A stretch of 64,000 nucleotides of DNA from Candidatus Velthaea sp. (GTDB lineage Bacteria; Vulcanimicrobiota; Vulcanimicrobiia; Vulcanimicrobiales; Vulcanimicrobiaceae). This document shows, piece after piece, positions 44,726-53,107 of the stretch. The notes under the pieces are model-generated. The model saw only the letters and a program-made list of their open reading frames with translations. It was not told the DNA's origin and ran no database searches. Numbering within the stretch: position 1 is the first letter of the stretch; the number at the start of each line of letters is the position of its first letter. The stretch is from contig CBDCCS010000021.1 of NCBI GenBank assembly GCA_965214935.1, forward strand, positions 96,001-160,000, in the 5' to 3' direction. The position numbers and the translations under genes were made by a program.

Positions 44726-45799
44726 GTGATCCAGCCGCCGCTCTTATTTAGCGGAACGTCGAATCGCGAACTTGCGGAAAAAATCGCAAAACGGATGCAG
44801 ACGCGCGTCGGCAACGCGCTGGTCGACCGGTTCAAGAACGACGAATGCCGGATCGAGATTCGTGAGAACGTTCGCGGGGCTGAAGTCTTCGTGTTGCAGT
44901 CGCTGTGCAAATCGCCCAGCGGTTCAGTCAACGACTCGCTCATGGAGTTGCTGCTGATGATCGACGCGTTGCGGCGGGCATCGGCAAACCGCATTACCGC
45001 TGTCGTGCCGTATTACGGTTACGCCAAACAAGATAAGAAAACCAAAGGCCGCGAACCGATCTCGGCCAAGCTCGTCGCAAACATGCTCGAAGTTGCCGGT
45101 GCCGAGCGGCTCGTCACGCTCGATCTGCACGCCGCGCAAATCCAAGGCTTCTTCAATATCCCGGTCGACAACCTGACGGCCGCACCGACGCTTTGTAACT
45201 ACTTGAAAAATCTCGGCTTGCAAGGCGACCGAGTTGTGGTCGTATCACCCGACGCCGGCGGCGTACCGCGCGCCGAAACGTTTGCCAAACGGCTGAAATC
45301 GACGCTTGCGGTGATCATCAAGCGGCGGCCCGAGCCCGACGTTTCGGAAGTTACCCATATTGTGGGCGACGTGCAAGGCAAGATTGCCGTCGTGGTCGAC
45401 GATATGATTTCGACCGGCGGCACACTGGTAAAAGCCGCCGAGGCACTTATCAAGCGCGGCGCAACCGATGTCTACACGCTGGCGACGCACGGGATCTTCG
45501 CCGGCGATGCCGTCAAACAGTTCGCGAACTCACCGATCCGCCGGGTCATCGTCACGGACACGATTCCGCGCAACTTCGACTTGGATGGAGCCGACGGCGA
45601 CAAGATCGAGTTGCAATCGATCGCGCAGATACTCGCCGACGCGATCAAGCGAATAACGTCGAATCGCTCGGTTTCCGAACTTTTCGGACCCGAAGAACTC
45701 GAAGCTGCCGAACGCGGTCTCGACCCGGCGCAGGCGGTCGCTGCAGCTGCCGTTGCGGCAGCGGCCGCCGAAACCGCGCGTACGCCCTCACCCGTTTAA
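44726..45799 (+). CDS. prs: Ribose-phosphate pyrophosphokinase
   Basis: PYYGYAKQDKK, DLHAAQIQGFF, VSPDAGG, VVDDMISTGGT; AGGAG SD. Confidence 0.97.
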   Translation: MIQPPLLFSGTSNRELAEKIAKRMQTRVGNALVDRFKNDECRIEIRENVRGAEVFVLQSLCKSPSGSVNDSLMELLLMIDALRRASANRITAVVPYYGYAKQDKKTKGREPISAKLVANMLEVAGAERLVTLDLHAAQIQGFFNIPVDNLTAAPTLCNYLKNLGLQGDRVVVVSPDAGGVPRAETFAKRLKSTLAVIIKRRPEPDVSEVTHIVGDVQGKIAVVVDDMISTGGTLVKAAEALIKRGATDVYTLATHGIFAGDAVKQFANSPIRRVIVTDTIPRNFDLDGADGDKIELQSIAQILADAIKRITSNRSVSELFGPEELEAAERGLDPAQAVAAAAVAAAAAETARTPSPV

Positions 45800-45808
45800 G
45801 GACCCGAT

Positions 45809-46447
45809 ATGGCTAAAGCTCATTTGCCCACCGACACCCTGACGATCGACGTCCGCACCAAATCCGGGACGACGGCGGCGCGTGCCGTCCGCCGGGCCGG
45901 CAACATCCCCGGCGTCTTGTACGGACACGGTCAACCGACAGCAATTTCGATCGGCGGTAAGGCGCTCGAAGAGCTGCTGACCATGGGCGGCAAGAGCCAC
46001 ATTCTGGATGCAACGATCGGCGGCACGCACGATTCGGTTCTACTGCGCGATGTCCAGCGCGATCCGGTCAGTCATCGCCCGATTCACGCGGATTTTCAGC
46101 GCGTCACCAAAGGCGAAGCAATCGCGGCGACCGTGGCAATCCTCGTCACCGGCGAATCCGCGGCGGTGAAGGACGGCGCGATACTCGATACCGTCACGCG
46201 CACGATCGACGTCAAGGGCGCAGCGGATCGGATTCCCGATCACATCGATGTCGACGTGACCGAACTCGTCGTTCACTCGCACGTGACGGCCGGAGATCTC
46301 GTTCTACCGGCCGGATTCACGCTCGTAACGCCGGCGGAGACGATCATCATTTCGATCGAGGCTCCGCGTACGGCAGCCGAAGTCGATGCGACGGCACCGG
46401 CGGTGCCCGAAGCACCGGTCGCCGAAGCAGCGCCAGCAGCGAACTAG
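45809..46447 (+). CDS. rplY: 50S ribosomal protein L25/Ctc
   Basis: IPGVLYGHG, RDVQRDP, HADFQRV, IPDHIDVDV. Confidence 0.93.
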   Translation: MAKAHLPTDTLTIDVRTKSGTTAARAVRRAGNIPGVLYGHGQPTAISIGGKALEELLTMGGKSHILDATIGGTHDSVLLRDVQRDPVSHRPIHADFQRVTKGEAIAATVAILVTGESAAVKDGAILDTVTRTIDVKGAADRIPDHIDVDVTELVVHSHVTAGDLVLPAGFTLVTPAETIIISIEAPRTAAEVDATAPAVPEAPVAEAAPAAN

Positions 46448-46449
46448 CC

Positions 46450-47025
46450 GTCTCCGGACTTCGGCTTGTTGTCGGTCTGGGCAATCCAGGCCGGCAGTAT
46501 GCTCGTACGCGGCATAATGCCGGCTTCATCGTGCTCGACGAGCTCGCCCGCCGTTTCGGGGTGAGCGACAGTTGGACAACCAAAGACGGTGCGCGTCAAA
46601 TCGTCGATCGCTCGCGTGCCCTCGTGCTGGCCGAACCGCAAACGTTCATGAATCTTAGCGGCGAGCCGGCTCAGCGAATCGCGGCTTGGTATAAAATCGC
46701 GGCGCCCGATATCCTTGTCGTGGTCGACGACCTCGATCTCCCCTTCGGCAAATTGCGGTTGCGCGTTCGCGGGGGCTCGGGCGGACACAACGGGCTCAAA
46801 TCGCTCATCGCGCAATTCGGCGAGGATTTTGCACGCCTGCGGATCGGCATCGGCCGGGACCCATCCGGTGAAGCGATCGATCGCGTGTTGGGAACGTTCT
46901 CTCGTGCCGAAGAAGCGGCGTTGCCGCACGTGGTCGCTGCCGCAATCGACGGCATTTCACACTGGCTTGATGGCCAAACTGTGACCGCTGTCAACTTCAC
47001 AAATAGCTGGGCGATTCCGGTGTAA
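46450..47025 (+). CDS. pth: Peptidyl-tRNA hydrolase; start codon unresolved
   Basis: LVVGLGNPG..Y..TRHNAGF, PQTFMNLSG, DDLDLP, GGHNGLKS, RLRIGIG; no in-frame ATG/GTG/TTG before the first motif. Confidence 0.9.
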   Translation, partial: VSGLRLVVGLGNPGRQYARTRHNAGFIVLDELARRFGVSDSWTTKDGARQIVDRSRALVLAEPQTFMNLSGEPAQRIAAWYKIAAPDILVVVDDLDLPFGKLRLRVRGGSGGHNGLKSLIAQFGEDFARLRIGIGRDPSGEAIDRVLGTFSRAEEAALPHVVAAAIDGISHWLDGQTVTAVNFTNSWAIPV

Positions 47026-47055
47026 AGCAACGGTATCTCGGCCAATAACAATGGC

Positions 47056-47547
47056 ATGAAGGTTCTCATCTTCGGAGGTCTTGCGGCCCTATTCTTATTG
47101 GCGGCAACTCCGAATGAATCGCCATACGAGCCGCTCGTCATCGTACGCCCGGCCGCGGCCGTCGAGCGTGCCGTCGAGGCGCAAGAACTCGTCGCCAACG
47201 TCAATGCATTGCGCGTCAAGCAAGGGCTGACGCCCGTTACCGTCGACAGTCAGCTTTCGCGAGCGGCGCTCTTGTATGCCAAAGATATGGCGGCACGCCG
47301 CTTTTTCGGACATTATTCGCCGGATGGCCGCTCCTTGCCCGACCGGCTCGCTGAAATCGGATATCGCTGGACGGTTGCGGCGGAAAACATCGCGCTCGAT
47401 GCCGATGCACGGCACGCAAATGCCGCTCTCGCCCAAAGTGCGCCCCACCGGGCAAACATACTCGATCCGCGCGTCAGTAAAATCGGCGTTGCCGCGCTGG
47501 GCGTCGGCGAAGGTGCTGCACTCTACGTCGAAGATTTCGCCCGCTGA
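47056..47547 (+). CDS. CAP domain secreted protein
   Basis: Signal peptide, VNALR, FFGHYSPDG, AENIA, SAPHRANIL. Confidence 0.9.
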   Translation: MKVLIFGGLAALFLLAATPNESPYEPLVIVRPAAAVERAVEAQELVANVNALRVKQGLTPVTVDSQLSRAALLYAKDMAARRFFGHYSPDGRSLPDRLAEIGYRWTVAAENIALDADARHANAALAQSAPHRANILDPRVSKIGVAALGVGEGAALYVEDFAR

Positions 47548-47657
47548 TCAAACGCATTCCGCGTTAACGGACGCGGCCGACGTTGCCCGAACGCTCAGGC
47601 CGTCCACCTCACGAGCCGAAGGGGGTATACGGCGATGATGCGGGGGAGCACAGGCAG

Positions 47658-48323
47658 ATGAATCTCGGACGCAGCCTGGTTTTGCGACTGGACGAAACAA
47701 CGTTGAGTACCGACGGCATGACGCTTTTCTCGGATCTCACGTTCCTGCGCGAACGCGGCGTTCGGCCCGTCCTCGTTGCACCGTCACCGCAAAGTGCACG
47801 CTCCGTCGTGCGGCTGATGAATCGCTCGGGTGACACCGCCGTGGGCGTCTCGGGCGCCGACGCCGGCATGATTCCGGCGGCCGGCGGCAGTAATGTCGGC
47901 GCGGTACAGAGCCGGCTGCTCGATACGTTGCTTAATGCCGGTTACGTGCCGATCGTCGAGCCGCTCGCGCTGGGCATGTTCGGCAAAGAGATTGCCGTCG
48001 CGCCCGATGCGGTGGCAAGCGCCGTCGCGCAATCGATCGCTGCCGCTCGCGTCATATTCTTCAATGACGCCGGCGGCGTCATCGACGCGCAGACGCAACT
48101 TCTGATCGATGAGTTAACGCCGGCCGAAGCCCTGACGCTTGCCGACGATGCGACGTTGAGCGCCGACCTGCGCTCGGCGATCCGGGCCGCGGCACTCGGC
48201 GTCCGCGGCGGCGTCGGCGCAGCGCAAATCGTCGATGGCCGCATTGCCCATGCTGCGATCGTCGAGTTCCTGACCGCGCGCCATTTGGGCACGCAAGTCG
48301 CCGGAACGGTCTTCACGGCGTGA
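47658..48323 (+). CDS. Acetylglutamate kinase-like protein, degenerate
   Basis: GVRPVLV, AVGVSGADA, GYVPIV, IVDGRIAHA...GT match ArgB, but the catalytic motifs are missing. Confidence 0.7.
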   Translation: MNLGRSLVLRLDETTLSTDGMTLFSDLTFLRERGVRPVLVAPSPQSARSVVRLMNRSGDTAVGVSGADAGMIPAAGGSNVGAVQSRLLDTLLNAGYVPIVEPLALGMFGKEIAVAPDAVASAVAQSIAAARVIFFNDAGGVIDAQTQLLIDELTPAEALTLADDATLSADLRSAIRAAALGVRGGVGAAQIVDGRIAHAAIVEFLTARHLGTQVAGTVFTA

Positions 48324-49105
48324 CCGCACTGCGGAGCGGTCTTGCAGCCGCCATCCTTGCCGTCACGCTCGGACTCGCCGCACCGGCCGCCGCCGCTCCG
48401 GCTCCGGCCGGCATCCGCTCGACCGGAACGCTCGTCGTTCGGGCCGTGGTGTCCGGCTCGCCATTGAACGTCGGCGGAACGATCGCACTCTACCGGCGCG
48501 GCAGCAGTTATCGCCTCGACTTGCTGACTTTGGGTTTTCCGGGAACCGATCCGACCGCGAGCGTGCTGGCCGGAGCGTTGCTAGCTCCCGGCGGTGCGAC
48601 GCTGCTCTATGACGGCACGACCGGCGCGATCACCGCCTACTCGACGGGCAACCACGTCTTTTTTCAGCAATTACCGAAAGCTGCCGCGACGTCGGCGCGC
48701 GAAACGGCACCTGCGATAGCTCCGCCCGCCAAGGATCCGCTCGCGCTATTGGCACTTGTCAGCCGGCAACTACATGATGTCGAGCGGGCCGCGATCCAGC
48801 TGACCGGGCACAGCAGCATCAATGGCCATCCGACCGACGATCTCGATATTATGTTGCGGCGCCGGCCCGCCGGACGCGGCGTCGAAGACTATCACGCACA
48901 ATTGAGTTTAGCCGAAGATCTCGACGGTTTTCCCGTACGCATCGCACTGACGAGTACGCCGCCGTCGACTCAAGATTTCGGCGGCTCATTTCGGCTGGAC
49001 CTCACCGCGATCGCCCGCGATACGCCCGACGAAGCGACGTTCGCCTTACCGCCCGGCTTGACGCGTGTCGACTCGCTGGGCGCGGTGCTCCAAGCCGCGC
49101 ATTAA
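48320..49105 (+). CDS. Secreted hypothetical protein (LolA/DUF4412-like possible)
   Basis: Signal peptide; YRLD, GHSSINGHPT, TPDEATFALPPG; GTGA overlap. Confidence 0.6.
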   Translation: MTALRSGLAAAILAVTLGLAAPAAAAPAPAGIRSTGTLVVRAVVSGSPLNVGGTIALYRRGSSYRLDLLTLGFPGTDPTASVLAGALLAPGGATLLYDGTTGAITAYSTGNHVFFQQLPKAAATSARETAPAIAPPAKDPLALLALVSRQLHDVERAAIQLTGHSSINGHPTDDLDIMLRRRPAGRGVEDYHAQLSLAEDLDGFPVRIALTSTPPSTQDFGGSFRLDLTAIARDTPDEATFALPPGLTRVDSLGAVLQAAH

Positions 49106-49117
49106 ACGTGATCCCAA

Positions 49118-50380
49118 TTAGCGCGTTACGGGCGAATGCGGACACGGGTCGGCACTACCGCGCATTTCTGCAATACGCGAACCCAAGGCCGGCTGGTCGG
49201 CGAAATACCAGCTCGACGACCGACGGTAACACAACGGGACGAGATCGCGATCGGCGCGCCGAACGAGCAAACGGACCGCGGGAACCGGGTCCCCGAGCGT
49301 TTGACGCGCATCCTCATCAGCGCGGTAGTCGATGCCGCGGACGTACGCGTTATAGACCGGAAACAGCACGAGCGCGACGCCGCCTAAGGTTGCGGCGACG
49401 AGCGCTAAGCGCGAGACCGCATCGTCGTCGCGCCGAAAGCCGATCCGATCGCTGATCAGCACGGCAATCGCCACGGCGAAGATGAACATGCTCGTCGCGA
49501 TCAGCGTCATTTTGAGCACATCCTGATGCCGCACGTGCGCATCCTCGAAGGCAATCACGTACGCGACTTCGCGTGGCGTCGCAGCGGCGATGAAGACATC
49601 GCCGAGCAAGATGCGCGTAAACACGCCGATGCCTGCCGTTCGCGCCGTCAACATTTGCGTATGACGCGACGCGTTGGTCACTTCAACGGGCGCGGCGGCA
49701 ATGACCGGCATCCGTGTGATGCGCGTGAACACCGGTGTAAAAACGACCGGATCGACCGCGACGACCGCGACGGTGACCGCAAAAAGAATCGCAATGAAGG
49801 CGAGATACCACAACCGCGTCCGGTCGACGAGTTCGAGCACGAGGGTCACGGCGCAGGCAGCGCCGCTCGCATCGACAAACGCGCGACCGATATAATCGAG
49901 CAGCCACGCACCGATCCGTTCTTCGCTGAGTCCAACGTTGAAGCCGATGCGATAGTAGATGAATGCAAACGGCAAGCCGGCGAGCGGCGCGAGCACGCCG
50001 AGTGCCGCACCGAAACTCGCGCGATAGAAGATACGCGAACCAAACCGGCGGCGCAGCGCGTCGCGCACGCGAGCGGCCCGGCCCGAACGCCAAAACCAGG
50101 CAAAGGCGTAGACTTGCGCGACGGCCCACGCGAAAAAAACCGCCTGACGTAAGTCGGTGACGGTCCGCGCCGCGCGTTGACGCGCCGGATCGACGAGAAG
50201 CTGCGGCGCACGCGTGAGCAGCGCATGCGCGCTCAGCGCAGTTACACGAACGTCGAAGGGCGTCGGCGCTGGACGCTCGAGCGCGCGTGCGGCGGCCGGT
50301 GATGCGGTCAGGAATGCGACGAGGATGCCGATGCACAACGAGCGGTCAATGCCACGAACGAAGCGCCGTAACCGGCGCAC
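49118..50380 (-). CDS. M48 (Ste24/HtpX)-like membrane protein with degenerate Zn site
   Basis: Multi-TM N-half; TARTAGIG..TRILLGD, EVAYVIAFEDAH, DYRADEDA, QP..GSRI. Confidence 0.7.
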   Translation of the reverse strand: MRRLRRFVRGIDRSLCIGILVAFLTASPAAARALERPAPTPFDVRVTALSAHALLTRAPQLLVDPARQRAARTVTDLRQAVFFAWAVAQVYAFAWFWRSGRAARVRDALRRRFGSRIFYRASFGAALGVLAPLAGLPFAFIYYRIGFNVGLSEERIGAWLLDYIGRAFVDASGAACAVTLVLELVDRTRLWYLAFIAILFAVTVAVVAVDPVVFTPVFTRITRMPVIAAAPVEVTNASRHTQMLTARTAGIGVFTRILLGDVFIAAATPREVAYVIAFEDAHVRHQDVLKMTLIATSMFIFAVAIAVLISDRIGFRRDDDAVSRLALVAATLGGVALVLFPVYNAYVRGIDYRADEDARQTLGDPVPAVRLLVRRADRDLVPLCYRRSSSWYFADQPALGSRIAEMRGSADPCPHSPVTR

Positions 50381-50388
50381 GTGCTTCG

Positions 50389-51243
50389 CTAGCCGGTTCG
50401 TGCGATCTCGTCCGGGAAAATCTCGGCGTTCTCGACGTCGAAGAGCTTGCGCAACTGTTGCCAGCCGCGGAAATTAGCGCACGCCTGGTCGCGATCGTCG
50501 AGCGGTGTTGCCACGTGTTCGGTTGGACTCCAGTGTCCGTTTGCACCGCCGCTCATCAAGCGTTCGTAGAGTTCGAGGTCTTTACCGATGTCGCGCGTGT
50601 TTTCGTGCGTAAGGTAACTAACGCGCGCACAGCGAGCAACGCTAATTTTGCGCAAGGTCGCCGAATCGAGCGTCGCGCGTTCGTCGGCCGCAACGAGCGG
50701 AAGGTGCCAGTTGCCGGCAGCAACTTGTTCGGGCGTGCTTGTGCGATAAGCCGCAAGCATGAGATTTGCGACGTGCCGGATCTCCGGTTGTGCATCCGGA
50801 TGACAGCGCTGGGTGAAGAAATTCGCCCACTCGGTCGCGCTTACGATGACGGTGATCCAAGCGAATGGTTCGAGCAGCCGGTTCACGAGCTGTTTATGCA
50901 GGTCGATGTCGCGGGCTGCGAGCCGCTCGGCGCTGGCCAGCGCGTTGTTTAACGCATGCCGCCATTCATGTTGAGCCGCTTCGCGCGCCGCTGCGCCGAC
51001 CTCTTCGCGGGCGGCCATCCCGCTTTGATTCTTCCCCCAACTCAGCGGAAACGCCGGGTCGTTGCGGACCTTGGCGATGACTTTTGCAATCGGAATTGCG
51101 CGCGAGCTTGCCGCATTGCGCGAAAAAGCGCGGTGCGTGTTGAATTCCGGCAGGATGAAGCGGTGAAATTTCACTTCCATCGTCGTCAGCCGTGCGCCGG
51201 CCGGTGAGATGCTATCGAGCAACACGCGCGCAGAAGAAGCCAT
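50389..51243 (-). CDS. thyX: Flavin-dependent thymidylate synthase
   Basis: EFNTHRAFSRNAASSRAIP, HKQLVNRLLEPF, AQPEIR, SVARCARVSY, HWSPTEH. Confidence 0.88.
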   Translation of the reverse strand: MASSARVLLDSISPAGARLTTMEVKFHRFILPEFNTHRAFSRNAASSRAIPIAKVIAKVRNDPAFPLSWGKNQSGMAAREEVGAAAREAAQHEWRHALNNALASAERLAARDIDLHKQLVNRLLEPFAWITVIVSATEWANFFTQRCHPDAQPEIRHVANLMLAAYRTSTPEQVAAGNWHLPLVAADERATLDSATLRKISVARCARVSYLTHENTRDIGKDLELYERLMSGGANGHWSPTEHVATPLDDRDQACANFRGWQQLRKLFDVENAEIFPDEIARTG

Positions 51244-51562
51244 ACCCGGCGCAAGTTCGCGCGCGATGCGAACCCGCCATGCTGCCGGCGGTAGATTACC
51301 GAGCCAAGTCCAGCCGCGCCACGACACCTACCGCCCCGGTTGTGCCTAGCCTCAACGAGACGTTCCATCGCAGTGCTTGTGACGAGGTTGCACATTGCGA
51401 ACGTTGAAGCCGACGCCCATTTTTGAGCCAACGCGATGTCCGACTTCGAGCATGTGCTCAAAAAGATCGAGACTTGCGAACGGTTGCGGCGGTAGACGCC
51501 AAGCTCGAACCGCTACGGCGTCCGATCGTTCGCCCGAAGGAACCGGCGACGAAAAATGCCGG

Positions 51563-51733
51563 TTAGACGCTCGAATCCGTGTTTATTCCAAGGCCCAGCG
51601 ATCCGAATAGTGCTTGAACGTCGGCAAGTTGGGTTGCTTGCGATCCGCCGAGCGCCGTTACCGGGTTCGCTGCCGAAGACGTTAGCCCGCCGCTTGAAGT
51701 CGCCGCAGATATCCCGATCGTGTCGATGCCCAT
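51563..51733 (-). CDS. 56-aa protein, YjfB-like putative motility protein
   Basis: MGIDTIGISAATSSGGLTSSAANPVTALGGSQATQLADVQALFGSLGLGINTDSSV*; sigma28-like promoter upstream; hairpin at 51541-51564. Confidence 0.6.
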   Translation of the reverse strand: MGIDTIGISAATSSGGLTSSAANPVTALGGSQATQLADVQALFGSLGLGINTDSSV

Positions 51734-51740
51734 ATGCCGG

Positions 51741-51767
51741 GTATCGGCTCAGGCGGGCGACTTCTTA
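51741..51767 (-). promoter_or_regulatory. Sigma28 (FliA/SigD)-type promoter
   Basis: Minus strand TAAG-N15-GCCGATAC versus consensus TAAA-N15-GCCGATAA. Confidence 0.6.
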
Positions 51768-53107
51768 GGCAGCGGGCGAGCCGGGTTGCCGGCCACGCGT
51801 TCACCGTCGTCGACATCGCGAATTACGACCGAGCCGCCGCCGGTGAGCGCATCGTCACCGATGCGCAGCGGCGCAACGAGCGTCGAGTTCGAGCCGATGA
51901 AAGCACGCGCGCCGATTTCCGTGCGATGTTTGTTGCGGCCGTCGAAATTACACGTGATGGTGCCGGCACCGATATTCGTGCGCTCGCCGATTTCGGCATC
52001 GCCCAAATACGTTAGGTGACTTGCCTTCGCACCGGCATGCATCGTCGTTTTCTTGAGCTCCACGAAATTGCCGATAAACACATCGTCGGCTAGAACGTTG
52101 CCGCTGCGCAAATGCGCGTACGGTCCGACGTGCACGTGCGCGCCGACGCGCGAATCGAGCACGACGCTTTCACTGATCTGCGCGCCGTCGCCGACGATTG
52201 CATTCGAGAGACGGGCGCCGGGCCCGACCGCCACGTGCCGTCCAAGCGTCGTTTCGCCGCCGATGGCCGTGTTCGGGTAGATGACGCTGTCGGCACCGAT
52301 GATCACGTCCGGCTCGAGATAGGTGGTCGCCGGATCGACGATTGTCACGCCGGCTCGCATGTGTTCGTCGCACAAGCGCCGATTTAAAATGCTGCGGGCT
52401 ACGGCGAGTTCGATACGGTCATTGACGCCGAGCACGAACCGTTCGTCGGCGCAGACGACAGGCACCACGGGCAGATTGCGGCGGTTGAGCAGCGCGACCG
52501 TGTCGGTCAAGTAAAGCTCGTGCTGCGCATTCTCGGGCGACAGTTCGTCGATCACCGATCGAAGCGCCGGTTCGGCATACGCGTACACACCGGCGTTCAT
52601 CTCGTCGACGGTACGTTCGGCCGGCGTGCAATCACGCTCTTCAACGATTTTGGCCACGGTCGCACCGGAGCGGATGATGCGACCGAAACTCGACGGCAAC
52701 GGCATGCGCGCGGTCAGCAAGGCCAGTCCACCGTCGCTGTGATCTGCAGCGGTGATGACATCGGCAAACAGCTGCGGCGTGAGCAACGGCATGTCGCCGT
52801 AAGCGATAACGACCGTGCCGGTGCCGACGCTCAATGCGCGTAAGCCGGTTTGCACGGCGTCGCCGGTGCCGCGCTGCGGGTCTTGCACGACCGTCCGCCC
52901 GCCGAATGACGTGACAAGTGCGGCGATTGCCGCATCGACGGCCGGATTGGTTACGACGATCAATTCGGCCAGGCCGGCCGTTTGCAATGCGCGCAGTACG
53001 TACCATAGCATCGGGCGGCCGCAGATCTCATGCAGCACCTTGGGCCGGTCGGACTTCATCCGGGTGCCCATTCCGGCGGCAAGCACGATTGCCCGAACGG
53101 CGCTCAC
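51749..53107 (-). CDS. glmU: Bifunctional UDP-GlcNAc pyrophosphorylase/acetyltransferase
   Basis: VLAAGMGTRMKS..PKVLH, GTGDAV, ELYLTD, hexapeptide repeats, NIGAGTITCNFDG; GTGA overlap with gltX. Confidence 0.96.
   Translation of the reverse strand: MSAVRAIVLAAGMGTRMKSDRPKVLHEICGRPMLWYVLRALQTAGLAELIVVTNPAVDAAIAALVTSFGGRTVVQDPQRGTGDAVQTGLRALSVGTGTVVIAYGDMPLLTPQLFADVITAADHSDGGLALLTARMPLPSSFGRIIRSGATVAKIVEERDCTPAERTVDEMNAGVYAYAEPALRSVIDELSPENAQHELYLTDTVALLNRRNLPVVPVVCADERFVLGVNDRIELAVARSILNRRLCDEHMRAGVTIVDPATTYLEPDVIIGADSVIYPNTAIGGETTLGRHVAVGPGARLSNAIVGDGAQISESVVLDSRVGAHVHVGPYAHLRSGNVLADDVFIGNFVELKKTTMHAGAKASHLTYLGDAEIGERTNIGAGTITCNFDGRNKHRTEIGARAFIGSNSTLVAPLRIGDDALTGGGSVVIRDVDDGERVAGNPARPLPKKSPA

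Noticed and set aside
51250..51540. Gene remnant or RNA in the thyX upstream spacer
   Set aside because: Only short peptides such as MSDFEHVLKKIETCERLRR; nothing recognisable.
51242..51744. 9-bp inverted repeat ATACCCGGC/GCCGGGTAT as MITE ends
   Set aside because: Too short, no target duplication, and both copies overlap a start codon or promoter.
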